Below the pieces are notes generated by a model. The model was not told where the DNA came from, made no database searches, and saw only the letters and a program-made list of their open reading frames with translations. Made by a program: the position numbers and the translations under genes. From NCBI GenBank assembly GCA_964504535.1, contig CAZDED010000002.1:82673-146672 (forward strand): 64,000 bases of DNA, read 5' to 3'. Every line of letters starts with the position of its first letter. The first letter of the stretch is position 1. Of the stretch, positions 1 through 8,375 are shown piece by piece. This DNA is from an uncultured Gammaproteobacteria bacterium. Lineage in GTDB: Bacteria; Patescibacteriota; Microgenomatia; Levybacterales; GWA1-39-11.

Positions 1-259
1 CACGGTCACCTTTTTTAATATTAAGTGAGGAAAGTAAGTGAGCGAATTGATTTGAGTGCGTTTTGAGATAGTGATAGGAATATGTCTTGTTTTTCAAATC
101 GGAGTCTATGCAAATGTATGCAGTTTTTTCAGGATGCAGCTTTGCTTGATAGTCAAGAGTCAGGTGTGAGAGATTGAAATTACCAGAACCGATTGTCAAA
201 AAGTAGGATCGGAGATCTTCCCAATTGAGAAGAGGAGCATTTTTTCTGTCTGAAATCAT
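1..259 (-). CDS. AMP-binding enzyme, acetyl-/acyl-CoA synthetase-like (5' part; runs off the window start; not in ORF track)
   Basis: Manual translation from ATG at 259: MISDRKNAPLLNWEDLRSYFLTIGSGNFNLSHLTLDYQAKLHPEKTAYICIDSDLKNKTYSYHYLKTHSNQFAHLLSSLNIKKGDRV. The pattern 'FN...D..A..P.K.A...Y..L...SNQFA..L..L.IKKGDRV' is the typical ACS N-terminus. Confidence 0.8.
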   Translation of the reverse strand, partial: MISDRKNAPLLNWEDLRSYFLTIGSGNFNLSHLTLDYQAKLHPEKTAYICIDSDLKNKTYSYHYLKTHSNQFAHLLSSLNIKKGDR

Positions 260-264
260 AAAAT

Positions 265-294
265 ATTATAAATTATTTCGGAAAGATGTATCAA
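265..294 (-). promoter_or_regulatory. sigma70-type promoter for the AMP-binding gene
   Basis: TTGATA (294-289), 18 nt spacer, TATAAT (270-265), 5 nt before the ATG. Confidence 0.55.
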
Positions 295-348
295 GACATG
301 TTAATACAATAAGTGAGATGAGAATAAATAATACCCATAAAAGATCAA

Positions 349-357
349 TGGTACAAT
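349..357 (+). promoter_or_regulatory. extended -10 promoter, probable leaderless transcript
   Basis: TGgTACAAT followed by 6 nt, then ATG at 364. Confidence 0.55.
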
Positions 358-363
358 CAGCAT

Positions 364-882
364 ATGAATAGTGCATCTTTAAGGATGATCTTAAAAATAA
401 TTGTAGTTACTTTTTTTGTAGTATCAGCAATTGCAGTTATCTTAGTTGTTTTCTTTATTTCCAATTTGGGTGTAAAAGAGAATAAAATGCTCTCCAATCT
501 TAAAAGTATCCAAGTGCCAGAAGGTGGTAAGGAAATATATTACAAAGAGGCTGGAAGTCCAACATGCTTAGATTCTTGTACTTCGCTGTCGCGAGTTTAT
601 GCTTACAATATTTCCGTTGACAAATTGCAGCAGGAATTTATTTTACTGTCAAAAAAACAAGGATACATTATTACTGATAAATATAATGTTGGATATGTAA
701 GCTTAAGTTTTGCAAATCTAAATAAAAAAATTGATAGTAATGATCTTATTGGGTTTGCCTCATTTTTTGTAGATTTTTCTCAGACAACTCCAGGTAGGCA
801 AGGTTTGCAAAAGACAACTAACTCTCAAATAAAGTCATATCTTGAGGTAAATCTTAGATACGGATATTTTGACTCTAAGTGA
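364..882 (+). CDS. hypothetical single-TM membrane-anchored protein
   Basis: 172 aa; N-terminal hydrophobic helix; soluble domain with CLDSC. Confidence 0.7.
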   Translation: MNSASLRMILKIIVVTFFVVSAIAVILVVFFISNLGVKENKMLSNLKSIQVPEGGKEIYYKEAGSPTCLDSCTSLSRVYAYNISVDKLQQEFILLSKKQGYIITDKYNVGYVSLSFANLNKKIDSNDLIGFASFFVDFSQTTPGRQGLQKTTNSQIKSYLEVNLRYGYFDSK

Positions 883-976
883 CCCGATCGTATGACGGTA
901 ATTTTTGGTCAACAGACGTCTAGGTTATATGTTTCTACTTGATTATCACCTCTAAGGTAATAGAATTAGAAAACAC

Positions 977-1645
977 ATGGTACCTAAGAAAAAGACAGGC
1001 GACAATCTTTTTAAGAGCAAGAATATAAAAATCGCAGTCATAATCTGTCTTTTCGCTCTTCTCATTTTCTCTCTAAGGTTTTTTACATCAAAACAAAACG
1101 ATTATGACAAGAATAAATCTAAGGCACCAAACGCACAAACAGCTAGCACATTGACCAGTGGACAAATCACTCCAACACCTACCATCTATTACTATTCCAC
1201 TTCTGGAAAAAACTTGGCGGATTTGAAAGAGAAAGACCCCAAAGATGAGTCGGGAATGTACAAAACATACACTGACAAAAAAAGACTTTTTACATTTAAG
1301 TATCCAGTCACTTGGTCAAGGATTGTTGTGGAGATTTATGGAAGTTCTCAAATTGAAGAATTTTTTGAGGATGGGATAGAGCCAGAGTTGCATGATTCTG
1401 ATGGGGTTGGTAATGACGCGTTTTATATCAACCACTATGACAATTACGAGACATTAGCAGAAATAAAGGCAAAGATTGGAAGTGTAAATACTGAAGAAAC
1501 AACCGTTGGTAATAAACCTGCGCTTAAAAGTGGCGACACTTACCATGTCAAAACCGCGAAAGATAAAACCCTATTCATAATTACAAGATATACGGATAGG
1601 ATAAATTATGAAGAGGTACTTGATTCATTCACTTTCGAAGATTAG
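977..1645 (+). CDS. membrane-anchored surface protein with Ser/Thr/Pro-rich linker and PsbP-like C-terminal domain
   Basis: N-terminal TM; linker ASTLTSGQITPTPT; 'YKTYTD...FTFKYPVTW' and terminal 'EEVLDSFTF', a pattern typical of PsbP/Mog1-like extracellular domains. Confidence 0.6.
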   Translation: MVPKKKTGDNLFKSKNIKIAVIICLFALLIFSLRFFTSKQNDYDKNKSKAPNAQTASTLTSGQITPTPTIYYYSTSGKNLADLKEKDPKDESGMYKTYTDKKRLFTFKYPVTWSRIVVEIYGSSQIEEFFEDGIEPELHDSDGVGNDAFYINHYDNYETLAEIKAKIGSVNTEETTVGNKPALKSGDTYHVKTAKDKTLFIITRYTDRINYEEVLDSFTFED

Positions 1646-1651
1646 CAAGAA

Positions 1652-1790
1652 TGGTGACCCTACCGGAATTTACCCCAAGAGTACTTGCCAATTCTTGGCG
1701 GCGCGTATCGGGTTTCTTGGATGAGAACCAAGGGCCAAAGCGACCTTCATGCTTAAGAATGCATGATGCATGAAGGGTAACCCCTAGACC
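1652..1790 (-). pseudogene. degenerate tRNA-Glu(CTC)-like element with two hairpin insertions and encoded CCA
   Basis: Minus strand: D-arm piece GGTCTAGGGGTTA, insertion, perfect anticodon arm CTTGG-TTCTCAT-CCAAG (1732-1716), AAAC-CCG, insertion, then ...TTCCGG-TAGGGTC-A-CCA. No 5' acceptor strand at the canonical position. Confidence 0.6.
1744..1776. repeat. 9-bp perfect inverted repeat inside the tRNA-like element
   Basis: CCTTCATGC (1744-1752) and GCATGAAGG (1768-1776). Confidence 0.8.
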
Positions 1791-1793
1791 TTG

Positions 1794-1865
1794 TGACCCG
1801 TGGGAGAGTCGAACTCCCCTTACTAGGATGAGAACCTAATTTCCTAACCGATAGAAGAACGGGCC
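1794..1865 (-). tRNA. tRNA-Glu (anticodon CTC), CCA not encoded
   Basis: Reverse complement folds as a cloverleaf: acceptor GGCCCGT/ACGGGTC, anticodon arm TTAGG-TTCTCAT-CCTAG, T arm GGGAG-TTCGACT-CTCCC, discriminator A; 72 nt. Confidence 0.93.
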
Positions 1866-1874
1866 GTAGGGTAT

Positions 1875-1904
1875 ATTTTACCTTAAAGTACTACCTTAAC
1901 TCAA
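1875..1904 (-). promoter_or_regulatory. putative tRNA promoter
   Basis: TTGAGT (1904-1899), 18 nt spacer, TAAAAT (1880-1875), just upstream of the tRNA 5' end. Confidence 0.45.
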
Positions 1905-2037
1905 GCTCAAACCAGTAATTCCTTCCACCCTCACAAACCCCTGCTATCGCAGATCATTGTGATGGTATATAAAAGCTGATCTGTGTCGAATGGTGAATAT
2001 TGGTGGTAAATTCAGTTTTTGTATAATACGAGGTAAT

Positions 2038-2688
2038 ATGAGTGAGCGCCCTCAAATTGACGAAAGGCATATTTTCTCAAGCCGGATGTTCTTCAATACG
2101 GTTTCAACCTTTGTCCAAGAAGATCCGAGGTCATATGCAGAGCCTGTCTCACTTTCCGTATCAATGATAGAAGCGGTCAGGAAGCGAGTAGAGAGTTCTG
2201 AGATACCTTTCTCTGAAGACATGTTGGACCAGTTAGCTCGGACTAGAATGAAAAATCCGGCAATAGTTCTTGACTACGTGTGTGATACTTTAAGACTAAG
2301 TCTTGGATATGGGACAAATCCACAATCAAGAGTTGAGAGAGAGGATGATTTTTCCGTTACTCCTCCAGGATTTAATTTTCCAGTAGTCCTTTTAACTATG
2401 TGGGGTGATGCATTTATCAGATCCCCATTTGGAATTTTGGAAACTCCAGGTGTGGTAGACAGTAGGGGGCGTAATTTTTTTGTGAGAAATGTCATCTTTT
2501 CAGATGGGAAAAAAACCTCAAGACTTGAGGAGGTAGTTGAGATTGATGAACAATATGATGATTTTCGAGAGGTAGATAGGGAGGTCTCAACAGATGACAA
2601 TAGGTATGTGCCATTGACTGGATCTGATTTTAATGAACTTATGTTTGTGGTAGCGGATCTGAAAGCAGGACATTTCAAACCTGTCTAG
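2038..2688 (+). CDS. hypothetical acidic cytoplasmic protein
   Basis: ORF 1990-2688; more likely start is ATG 2038 (MSERP), preceded by TATAAT at 2022-2027 and GAGGT; no recognisable domain. Confidence 0.65.
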   Translation: MSERPQIDERHIFSSRMFFNTVSTFVQEDPRSYAEPVSLSVSMIEAVRKRVESSEIPFSEDMLDQLARTRMKNPAIVLDYVCDTLRLSLGYGTNPQSRVEREDDFSVTPPGFNFPVVLLTMWGDAFIRSPFGILETPGVVDSRGRNFFVRNVIFSDGKKTSRLEEVVEIDEQYDDFREVDREVSTDDNRYVPLTGSDFNELMFVVADLKAGHFKPV

Positions 2689-3110
2689 TGATTTTCTTTA
2701 GGTCCAAACTCTGCAACTTCCTTTACTTCCATTTCTAAAAGGTATTGATCCATTGGATCACCACTTGCGATCATTTGGTGCAGTCTTCTGTCTGCATTTT
2801 CCTCATCTGCGGTTCTTTCAAGACCCAATTGTTCTCTCTCAGCATAATAAGCAGCAACGGGATTTGTAAGAGGATCAACAGACATTCCTTGGCTTTCTCT
2901 TCTTACTGCAGCTTGTCTCCTTTCCTCAGCTATCATCTCTGCATACAGTTCTGGATTTGTTTGTTCCAAATCTCTTCTTTCTGCTCGACTTCTGGCTCGA
3001 TTGATATCTTTTGCGGTTAAATAGGCTTCTCCGAATTTTTGGAGACGATGAGGGAAAGACTGGATTTGCCAATCTTCAAAGTATTTACCGAATTCAATTT
3101 CATTACTCAT
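2685..3110 (-). CDS. hypothetical charged helical protein
   Basis: 141 aa; has a near-consensus promoter; overlaps the convergent gene by 4 nt (CTAG). Confidence 0.65.
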   Translation of the reverse strand: MSNEIEFGKYFEDWQIQSFPHRLQKFGEAYLTAKDINRARSRAERRDLEQTNPELYAEMIAEERRQAAVRRESQGMSVDPLTNPVAAYYAEREQLGLERTADEENADRRLHQMIASGDPMDQYLLEMEVKEVAEFGPKENH

Positions 3111-3133
3111 GTTATTTATATGCGGTTGAAATT

Positions 3134-3162
3134 ATTATAAGATACATTTATGATAAAGTCAA
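3134..3162 (-). promoter_or_regulatory. near-consensus sigma70 promoter
   Basis: TTGACT (3162-3157), 17 nt spacer, TATAAT (3139-3134). Confidence 0.7.
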
Positions 3163-3212
3163 CAGCTATTTAGATTCATTTTTATTTATTTTTAAGTATA
3201 CTAATTGTTATG

Positions 3213-3218
3213 TATAAT
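3213..3218 (+). promoter_or_regulatory. -10 box at the head of the glycosylation island (leaderless)
   Basis: TATAAT, 6 nt, then ATG at 3225. Confidence 0.55.
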
Positions 3219-3224
3219 ACTAAT

Positions 3225-3980
3225 ATGCCGCAATTCCTTCTTACAGTCGTGATCCCCTCATATAACGAGATGGGAAACCTTCAGAAAGGAATCCTCAACA
3301 AAATCCAAAGATATCTCGACCGTCAGCCTTATAACTATGAAGTTATTGTAGTTGATGATGGGTCAACAGATGACAGCCGTGACTTCATAAAGAAATTTAC
3401 CAAGGAGGAAAAGCAATTTCATTTGATCGAAAACAGCCATTCGGGTAAGGCTGGTGCTGTAACTGCTGGTATGCTTGCAGCAAAAGGGGATTATATATTG
3501 TTCACAGATATGGATCAGGCAACACCAATTGAAGAATTGGAAAAGGTCATGCCTTTTATCCAAAAAGGCTTTGATGTTGTCATAGGGTCTCGGAGTGGGA
3601 ATAGGAAAGGCGCACCTTTGACTCGCAAAATAATGGCAAAAAGCATGATGATCCTCAGATCCACTATAGTTGGCCTTCCTGAAATAACAGATACTCAGTG
3701 CGGATTCAAATTGTTTACCAAAGATGCAGCGAAAAAGATTTTTGAGAAAGTGAAAGAGTCACATCATGGATTTAAAAAAATACATGGTTCTTCTGTCACG
3801 GCTGGGTTTGATATTGAGCTTCTGTTTATCGCAAAAAATATGGGTTTTAAGATAAAAGAGGTGCCGGTTAGCTGGCTTTATGTCGAGACTAGAAGAGTTA
3901 GCCCTATCAAAGACTCTGTTGAGGGATTTTTAGAGTTATTTAAAATCAGAAAAAATATCAATTCAGGTAAATACGACTGA
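3225..3980 (+). CDS. GT2, polyprenol-phosphate glycosyltransferase (Alg5/DPG-synthase-like)
   Basis: VVIPSYNE, VVDDGSTD, GKAGAV, FTDMD, DTQCGFKLF, FDIELL; start moved from 3210 to 3225 because of the -10 position. Confidence 0.88.
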   Translation: MPQFLLTVVIPSYNEMGNLQKGILNKIQRYLDRQPYNYEVIVVDDGSTDDSRDFIKKFTKEEKQFHLIENSHSGKAGAVTAGMLAAKGDYILFTDMDQATPIEELEKVMPFIQKGFDVVIGSRSGNRKGAPLTRKIMAKSMMILRSTIVGLPEITDTQCGFKLFTKDAAKKIFEKVKESHHGFKKIHGSSVTAGFDIELLFIAKNMGFKIKEVPVSWLYVETRRVSPIKDSVEGFLELFKIRKNINSGKYD

Positions 3981-3981
3981 C

Positions 3982-5139
3982 ATGTCAAAGAAATTTTTCC
4001 TCCCATTGTGGATCACAGGTGCTCTGCTTCTGTTCTTCTATTCTTTCACGCAAGTTGATCTTTCCCTTACATTGTCAAAAGCGTCCATATTTCAAACGAT
4101 TGAGAAATCTTTTCAATATGTCGGATGGTTCAATAGACCTGTCTCTACCTATTTATATATAGCGGTTTTTGCAATTTTGTTTTTTCTTTATCTTGCAACC
4201 ATAAGACTTGTCTCAAAAAATAAGCTTTCGAGAAAAAAAATTTGGCTAGCAATATTTATCGTGACTGGTATCCTTACACTTTCCTATAATGCTTTTTCCT
4301 ATGATCTTTTCAATTATGTATTTGACGCAAAAATAGTCACTTTCTACCACCAAAATCCCTATATCCACAAAGCGTTGGATTTTCCAAATGACCCCATGCT
4401 TTCATTCATGAGATGGACTCATCGGGTCTATCCTTATGGTCCAATATGGTTGGGACTTACGATCCCATTGAGTTTTGTAGGGGCAAATATATTTATCGTG
4501 ACTGTTTACCTTTTCAAAATTATGATTGCTTCATTTTTCCTTTTAACAGTGTGGTCTATAGAGCGGATAGGAAAAACCCTGAAATTTGAGAATGTTCTTC
4601 TGCCTGTCGTTGCATTTGCTTTCAATCCATTTGTTCTTAGCGAGAGCTTGGTTAGTGCTCACAATGATATTGTTATGATGGGACTTGCTCTTTATGCAAC
4701 AAGTCTTCTTATGGACAAAAAAACTGTGAAGGGGAGTGTGGTGTATATACTCTCAATAGGTCTGAAATTTGCGACAGCCTTCTCATTTGCAGGATACATA
4801 CTTCTTTTGTTGTTCAAAAAAACGAAATACGTGATTGAGGCAAGTATAATTCTTTCAATAGTAGCCGTCATTGTTGCTTCGATGCGTACGAATTTTCAAC
4901 CGTGGTATCTGTTGTATGTAGTGCCCTTTGCCGTTCTTTTGATTGGTAAAAGATATGCCCGGTACCCTCTGTATATTTTTTCAACCGCTAGTGTAATTTA
5001 TTACATACCATTTCTTTATTCAGGTAACTGGAATGACCCAATACCAATGATTCTTAACACAATCGTTATAGGTGCAACAGTGTTGTCAATTGTTACTATT
5101 CTCATATTTTTTCCTCATTCAAAAAAAGAAACAAACTAG
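3982..5139 (+). CDS. GT-C, polyprenol-P-mannose-dependent mannosyltransferase-like (MptA/MptB type)
   Basis: Polytopic; SYDLFNY...NPY, PYGP, FNP, AHND, LK, FQPWY motifs. Confidence 0.7.
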   Translation: MSKKFFLPLWITGALLLFFYSFTQVDLSLTLSKASIFQTIEKSFQYVGWFNRPVSTYLYIAVFAILFFLYLATIRLVSKNKLSRKKIWLAIFIVTGILTLSYNAFSYDLFNYVFDAKIVTFYHQNPYIHKALDFPNDPMLSFMRWTHRVYPYGPIWLGLTIPLSFVGANIFIVTVYLFKIMIASFFLLTVWSIERIGKTLKFENVLLPVVAFAFNPFVLSESLVSAHNDIVMMGLALYATSLLMDKKTVKGSVVYILSIGLKFATAFSFAGYILLLLFKKTKYVIEASIILSIVAVIVASMRTNFQPWYLLYVVPFAVLLIGKRYARYPLYIFSTASVIYYIPFLYSGNWNDPIPMILNTIVIGATVLSIVTILIFFPHSKKETN

Positions 5140-5145
5140 ATATTC

Positions 5146-5154
5146 TGCTACAAT
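5146..5154 (+). promoter_or_regulatory. extended -10 promoter (leaderless)
   Basis: TGcTACAAT, 6 nt, then ATG at 5161. Confidence 0.6.
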
Positions 5155-5160
5155 AACCAT

Positions 5161-6708
5161 ATGCAAATATTAAAGAAATTATTCCCTGAAATTATCGTTG
5201 CCCCCATCCTTCTCGTCCTTTTTCTCATGACCCGCCTCATCAATATCTTGGCTGTTCCTATATTTACAGATGAGGCTATTTACACAAGATGGTCACAAAT
5301 TGCCAGATATGACTCCAATTGGAGATTTATCTCCCTAACTGACGGAAAGCAACCTGCATTTGTCTGGATAAATATGATTGTCATGAGATTTTTTGATGAT
5401 CCTCTTATGGGAGGAAGAGTGGTATCTGTGATATGCGGACTATTTGTTGTTATCGGTCTTTACTTTGTTACAAAGGAAATTTTTAGAGGTCACAAGCATG
5501 CAAGGATCATGGGACTTGTTGCATCGTCTCTTGCAGTTTTCTACCCCTTCCTTCTTGTTTATGACAGACTTGCACTTTATGAAAGTATGATAGCGGCATT
5601 TATGGTGTGGGCATTATATTTTCAGATCACACTTATCAGAAGAATCCGCTTTGATATGTCAATGATAACAGGACTTGTGATGGGTGGGGCAGTCCTTACA
5701 AAGTCTTCAGGGTTTCTGGCTCTTTATCTAATTCCCTTCATCTTTCTGCTTTTTGATTTTAAGAAAAAAAATAGAAGATCAAGATTGATAAGAGCAGTTT
5801 TCTATTTCATTCTGTCTGCAGTTATTGTTAATGTTTGTTATGCCATTCTTAGGCTTTCGCCTTTTTACCATATCATCAATCAGAAAAATGCAGTTTTTGT
5901 ATATGACGTAGGTTCTTGGATAAAACTTGCTACAAACATCAAAATAGATCTTCTATTTAGTAATTCACGCGGACTTTTTGACTGGTTTTTCACATACTTC
6001 ACAGTACCGTGGAGTCTTCTAGTCTTAATTTCTTTCTTCGTTAAAAAAGAACATCTTAAAGAAAAAATAGTTTTATTCTTGTGGTTCTTGCTCCCCCTTC
6101 TTGCTCTTTGTTTTCTTGGAAAAACGTTGTATCCCCGCTATCTCTTATTCATGACAATTCCTCTTATCCCACTTGTTGCATATAGTGTCACTTCGTTGTT
6201 TTTGAAATTCAAAAATAATATAGTCAGAGCAGTAATTATTGCATTGATAGTAGTTCTTCCCTTGTGGTCTGACTATTTCATCCTGTTTGATTTCGCACGT
6301 GCCCCTATTCCTAAAATCGACCTTGAGCAGATGATAAATGGATGGCCAGCTGGAGGTGGGCTACGGGAAAGTGTAGAATTTTTTAAAGAAAAATCGAAGA
6401 ATGGTGAGATCATGGTAGGAACTCAAGGTACATTTGGACTTATGCCTGCTGCATATGAAATATATTTTAGAGATAACCCAAATGTCCGCATCAATGGATT
6501 TTGGCCAGTTGAGAGTGATAAGGTTCCGGATCTTTTGACTGACTATGCAAAAAGAATTCCAACCTATTTTGTTTTCTACCAACCCTGTGGAGCATGTGAG
6601 GATGCAGGTATCGCACCAAAAGCATTAAATCTCAAGGAAGTTGCTTCATACAAGAAGGGAATTGGCACGACCAGACTCACAATATACCAGGTGTTAAAAA
6701 GCGAGTAG
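5161..6708 (+). CDS. GT-C, ArnT/PMT_2-like membrane glycosyltransferase
   Basis: TDEAIY in the first loop, DGKQP, R after TM2, LTKS, YPRY; soluble C-terminus with CGAC. Confidence 0.8.
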   Translation: MQILKKLFPEIIVAPILLVLFLMTRLINILAVPIFTDEAIYTRWSQIARYDSNWRFISLTDGKQPAFVWINMIVMRFFDDPLMGGRVVSVICGLFVVIGLYFVTKEIFRGHKHARIMGLVASSLAVFYPFLLVYDRLALYESMIAAFMVWALYFQITLIRRIRFDMSMITGLVMGGAVLTKSSGFLALYLIPFIFLLFDFKKKNRRSRLIRAVFYFILSAVIVNVCYAILRLSPFYHIINQKNAVFVYDVGSWIKLATNIKIDLLFSNSRGLFDWFFTYFTVPWSLLVLISFFVKKEHLKEKIVLFLWFLLPLLALCFLGKTLYPRYLLFMTIPLIPLVAYSVTSLFLKFKNNIVRAVIIALIVVLPLWSDYFILFDFARAPIPKIDLEQMINGWPAGGGLRESVEFFKEKSKNGEIMVGTQGTFGLMPAAYEIYFRDNPNVRINGFWPVESDKVPDLLTDYAKRIPTYFVFYQPCGACEDAGIAPKALNLKEVASYKKGIGTTRLTIYQVLKSE

Positions 6709-6710
6709 GC

Positions 6711-8375
6711 ATGAAAACATATCTGAAAAGCTTCATAAAGAAGAACAAATATCTCCTGGTCATCATTCTTCTTTCTATTCTTCCAACAATTCCCTATTTC
6801 ATTACTTCAAATCTGATCCATACACATGACGGGTTAGTGCATCTGCCACGATTGGCTGCTTACTATCATGCATTAACTGAGGGGAGTATTCCTGTCAGAT
6901 TCGCCGGGTATATAAATTACGGATATGGTTTGCCTTTATTCAATTTCATTTACCAATTCCCATATTGGGTAGGTTCTCTCCTTTTGTCGGTTGGATTTGG
7001 ATTGGTTGCTGCTTTTAAAATATCGATAACCCTCAGTTTTCTACTTTCCGGGATATTTATGTTCATGTTCGGGAAAGAATTTTTCAAAGATGATAGACAG
7101 GCACTTTTGGTCGCTGTTTTGTATCAGTTTGCTCCTTTCAGGATGGTAGAACTTCTTGTTAGAGGTAGTTATGGCGAGGTTTATACGTATGCTTTTTTGC
7201 CACTAGTTTTGTATGGTTTGGTAATACTCTCTAAAAACAGAACATTAAAAGGGTTTTTAGTAACGTCTCTTGCAGTTTTTTGCCTCATTGTTTCTCATAA
7301 CTCTGTTTCACTCATGTTTTTTGGAGCAGCATTTTTATTTGTAATTTTTACTTTCAACAATGTAAAAAAAGGTTTATTTGCATTTTTGTCGATGTTTTTG
7401 GGACTTGGGCTGGCCGCATTCTATTGGATGCCCGCGCTTCTTGAGCATAAGTATACATTTGGTGATCTTTTCATGTCCAAATTGTATGAATCATATTTCC
7501 CATCCTTCCAAAATTTCTTTATTCCAAATTTCAACAATAATCCATCACTTCAAACGACTGGAATAACGACATACATCGGACTTATCCAGGGGATAGTTCT
7601 GATATGCGGACTATTTGTTCTTTTATTCAAAAGAAAAAAACTGAAAGAGTATGCTCGTATATTTTATTTTGGGTATGCACTTGTTGCTATCTCTTTTTTC
7701 TTTATGAGTCCTGTATCGAAATTCATTTGGAGCGCTCCAATTGGTGCGATGCTTCGTCAATTTCAATTTCCATGGAGATTTTTGGCGTTGATAGTCCTTT
7801 CAACCTCTTTACTCTCAGTTGGATTGACGACTGTCTCAAAAAGACTTCTCGATAACCGTGTTTACATAAGTATTATACTGTTGACTGTTTTGTCGGTGGC
7901 CTTTTATTGGAAGGGTAGTCTTGGGTTTGATAAGATTAACGAAAAATATTATTGGAATTTTCCACTAACCTCAACTTATTACGGTGAAACAGATGTCATA
8001 TGGTCTGAAGGACCTGCAAAATCATATCCAAAGCAAAGAGTAGAGTTCACAAGCGGAAAAGGCACTATAACCAATTTTGTAAAAAGGAATACTTATCAGT
8101 CATTTGATGCTTTAGCTTTAACTGACTCTGAGATGGTTTCGCATACTCAGTATTTTCCGGGATGGACGGTTAGGATTGATGGTGTAAAAACTCCTATTCA
8201 ATTCCAAAGCGCAAACCATCGTGGTGAGATACTCTTTAACATACCTCAGGGAAATCACAAAGTAGTTCTTCGGTTTGAAGAAAGTAAGATCAGATTGGCT
8301 GCCGATTTTATAACTCTTTGTAGCTTTATAACGTTTTTTGTCCTTGTGTTTTTAAGAAAGAGAATATTTAGATGA
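6711..8375 (+). CDS. GT-C, 'PTPS-related'/YfhO-like membrane protein
   Basis: THDGLVHLPR, GYGLPLFNFIY, APFR, RG..GE, SHN, QFPWRF, C-terminal YFPGW. Confidence 0.78.
   Translation: MKTYLKSFIKKNKYLLVIILLSILPTIPYFITSNLIHTHDGLVHLPRLAAYYHALTEGSIPVRFAGYINYGYGLPLFNFIYQFPYWVGSLLLSVGFGLVAAFKISITLSFLLSGIFMFMFGKEFFKDDRQALLVAVLYQFAPFRMVELLVRGSYGEVYTYAFLPLVLYGLVILSKNRTLKGFLVTSLAVFCLIVSHNSVSLMFFGAAFLFVIFTFNNVKKGLFAFLSMFLGLGLAAFYWMPALLEHKYTFGDLFMSKLYESYFPSFQNFFIPNFNNNPSLQTTGITTYIGLIQGIVLICGLFVLLFKRKKLKEYARIFYFGYALVAISFFFMSPVSKFIWSAPIGAMLRQFQFPWRFLALIVLSTSLLSVGLTTVSKRLLDNRVYISIILLTVLSVAFYWKGSLGFDKINEKYYWNFPLTSTYYGETDVIWSEGPAKSYPKQRVEFTSGKGTITNFVKRNTYQSFDALALTDSEMVSHTQYFPGWTVRIDGVKTPIQFQSANHRGEILFNIPQGNHKVVLRFEESKIRLAADFITLCSFITFFVLVFLRKRIFR

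Noticed and set aside
1-10. CACGGTCACC resembling the tRNA-Glu 3' end
   Set aside because: It is on the opposite strand to the other copies, is imperfect, and is explained by the codons for GDRV in the AMP-binding gene
1654-1865. Archaeal-type BHB intron or split tRNA
   Set aside because: No clear bulge-helix-bulge found by eye and the context is bacterial; kept only as an untested possibility in the tRNA-like finding
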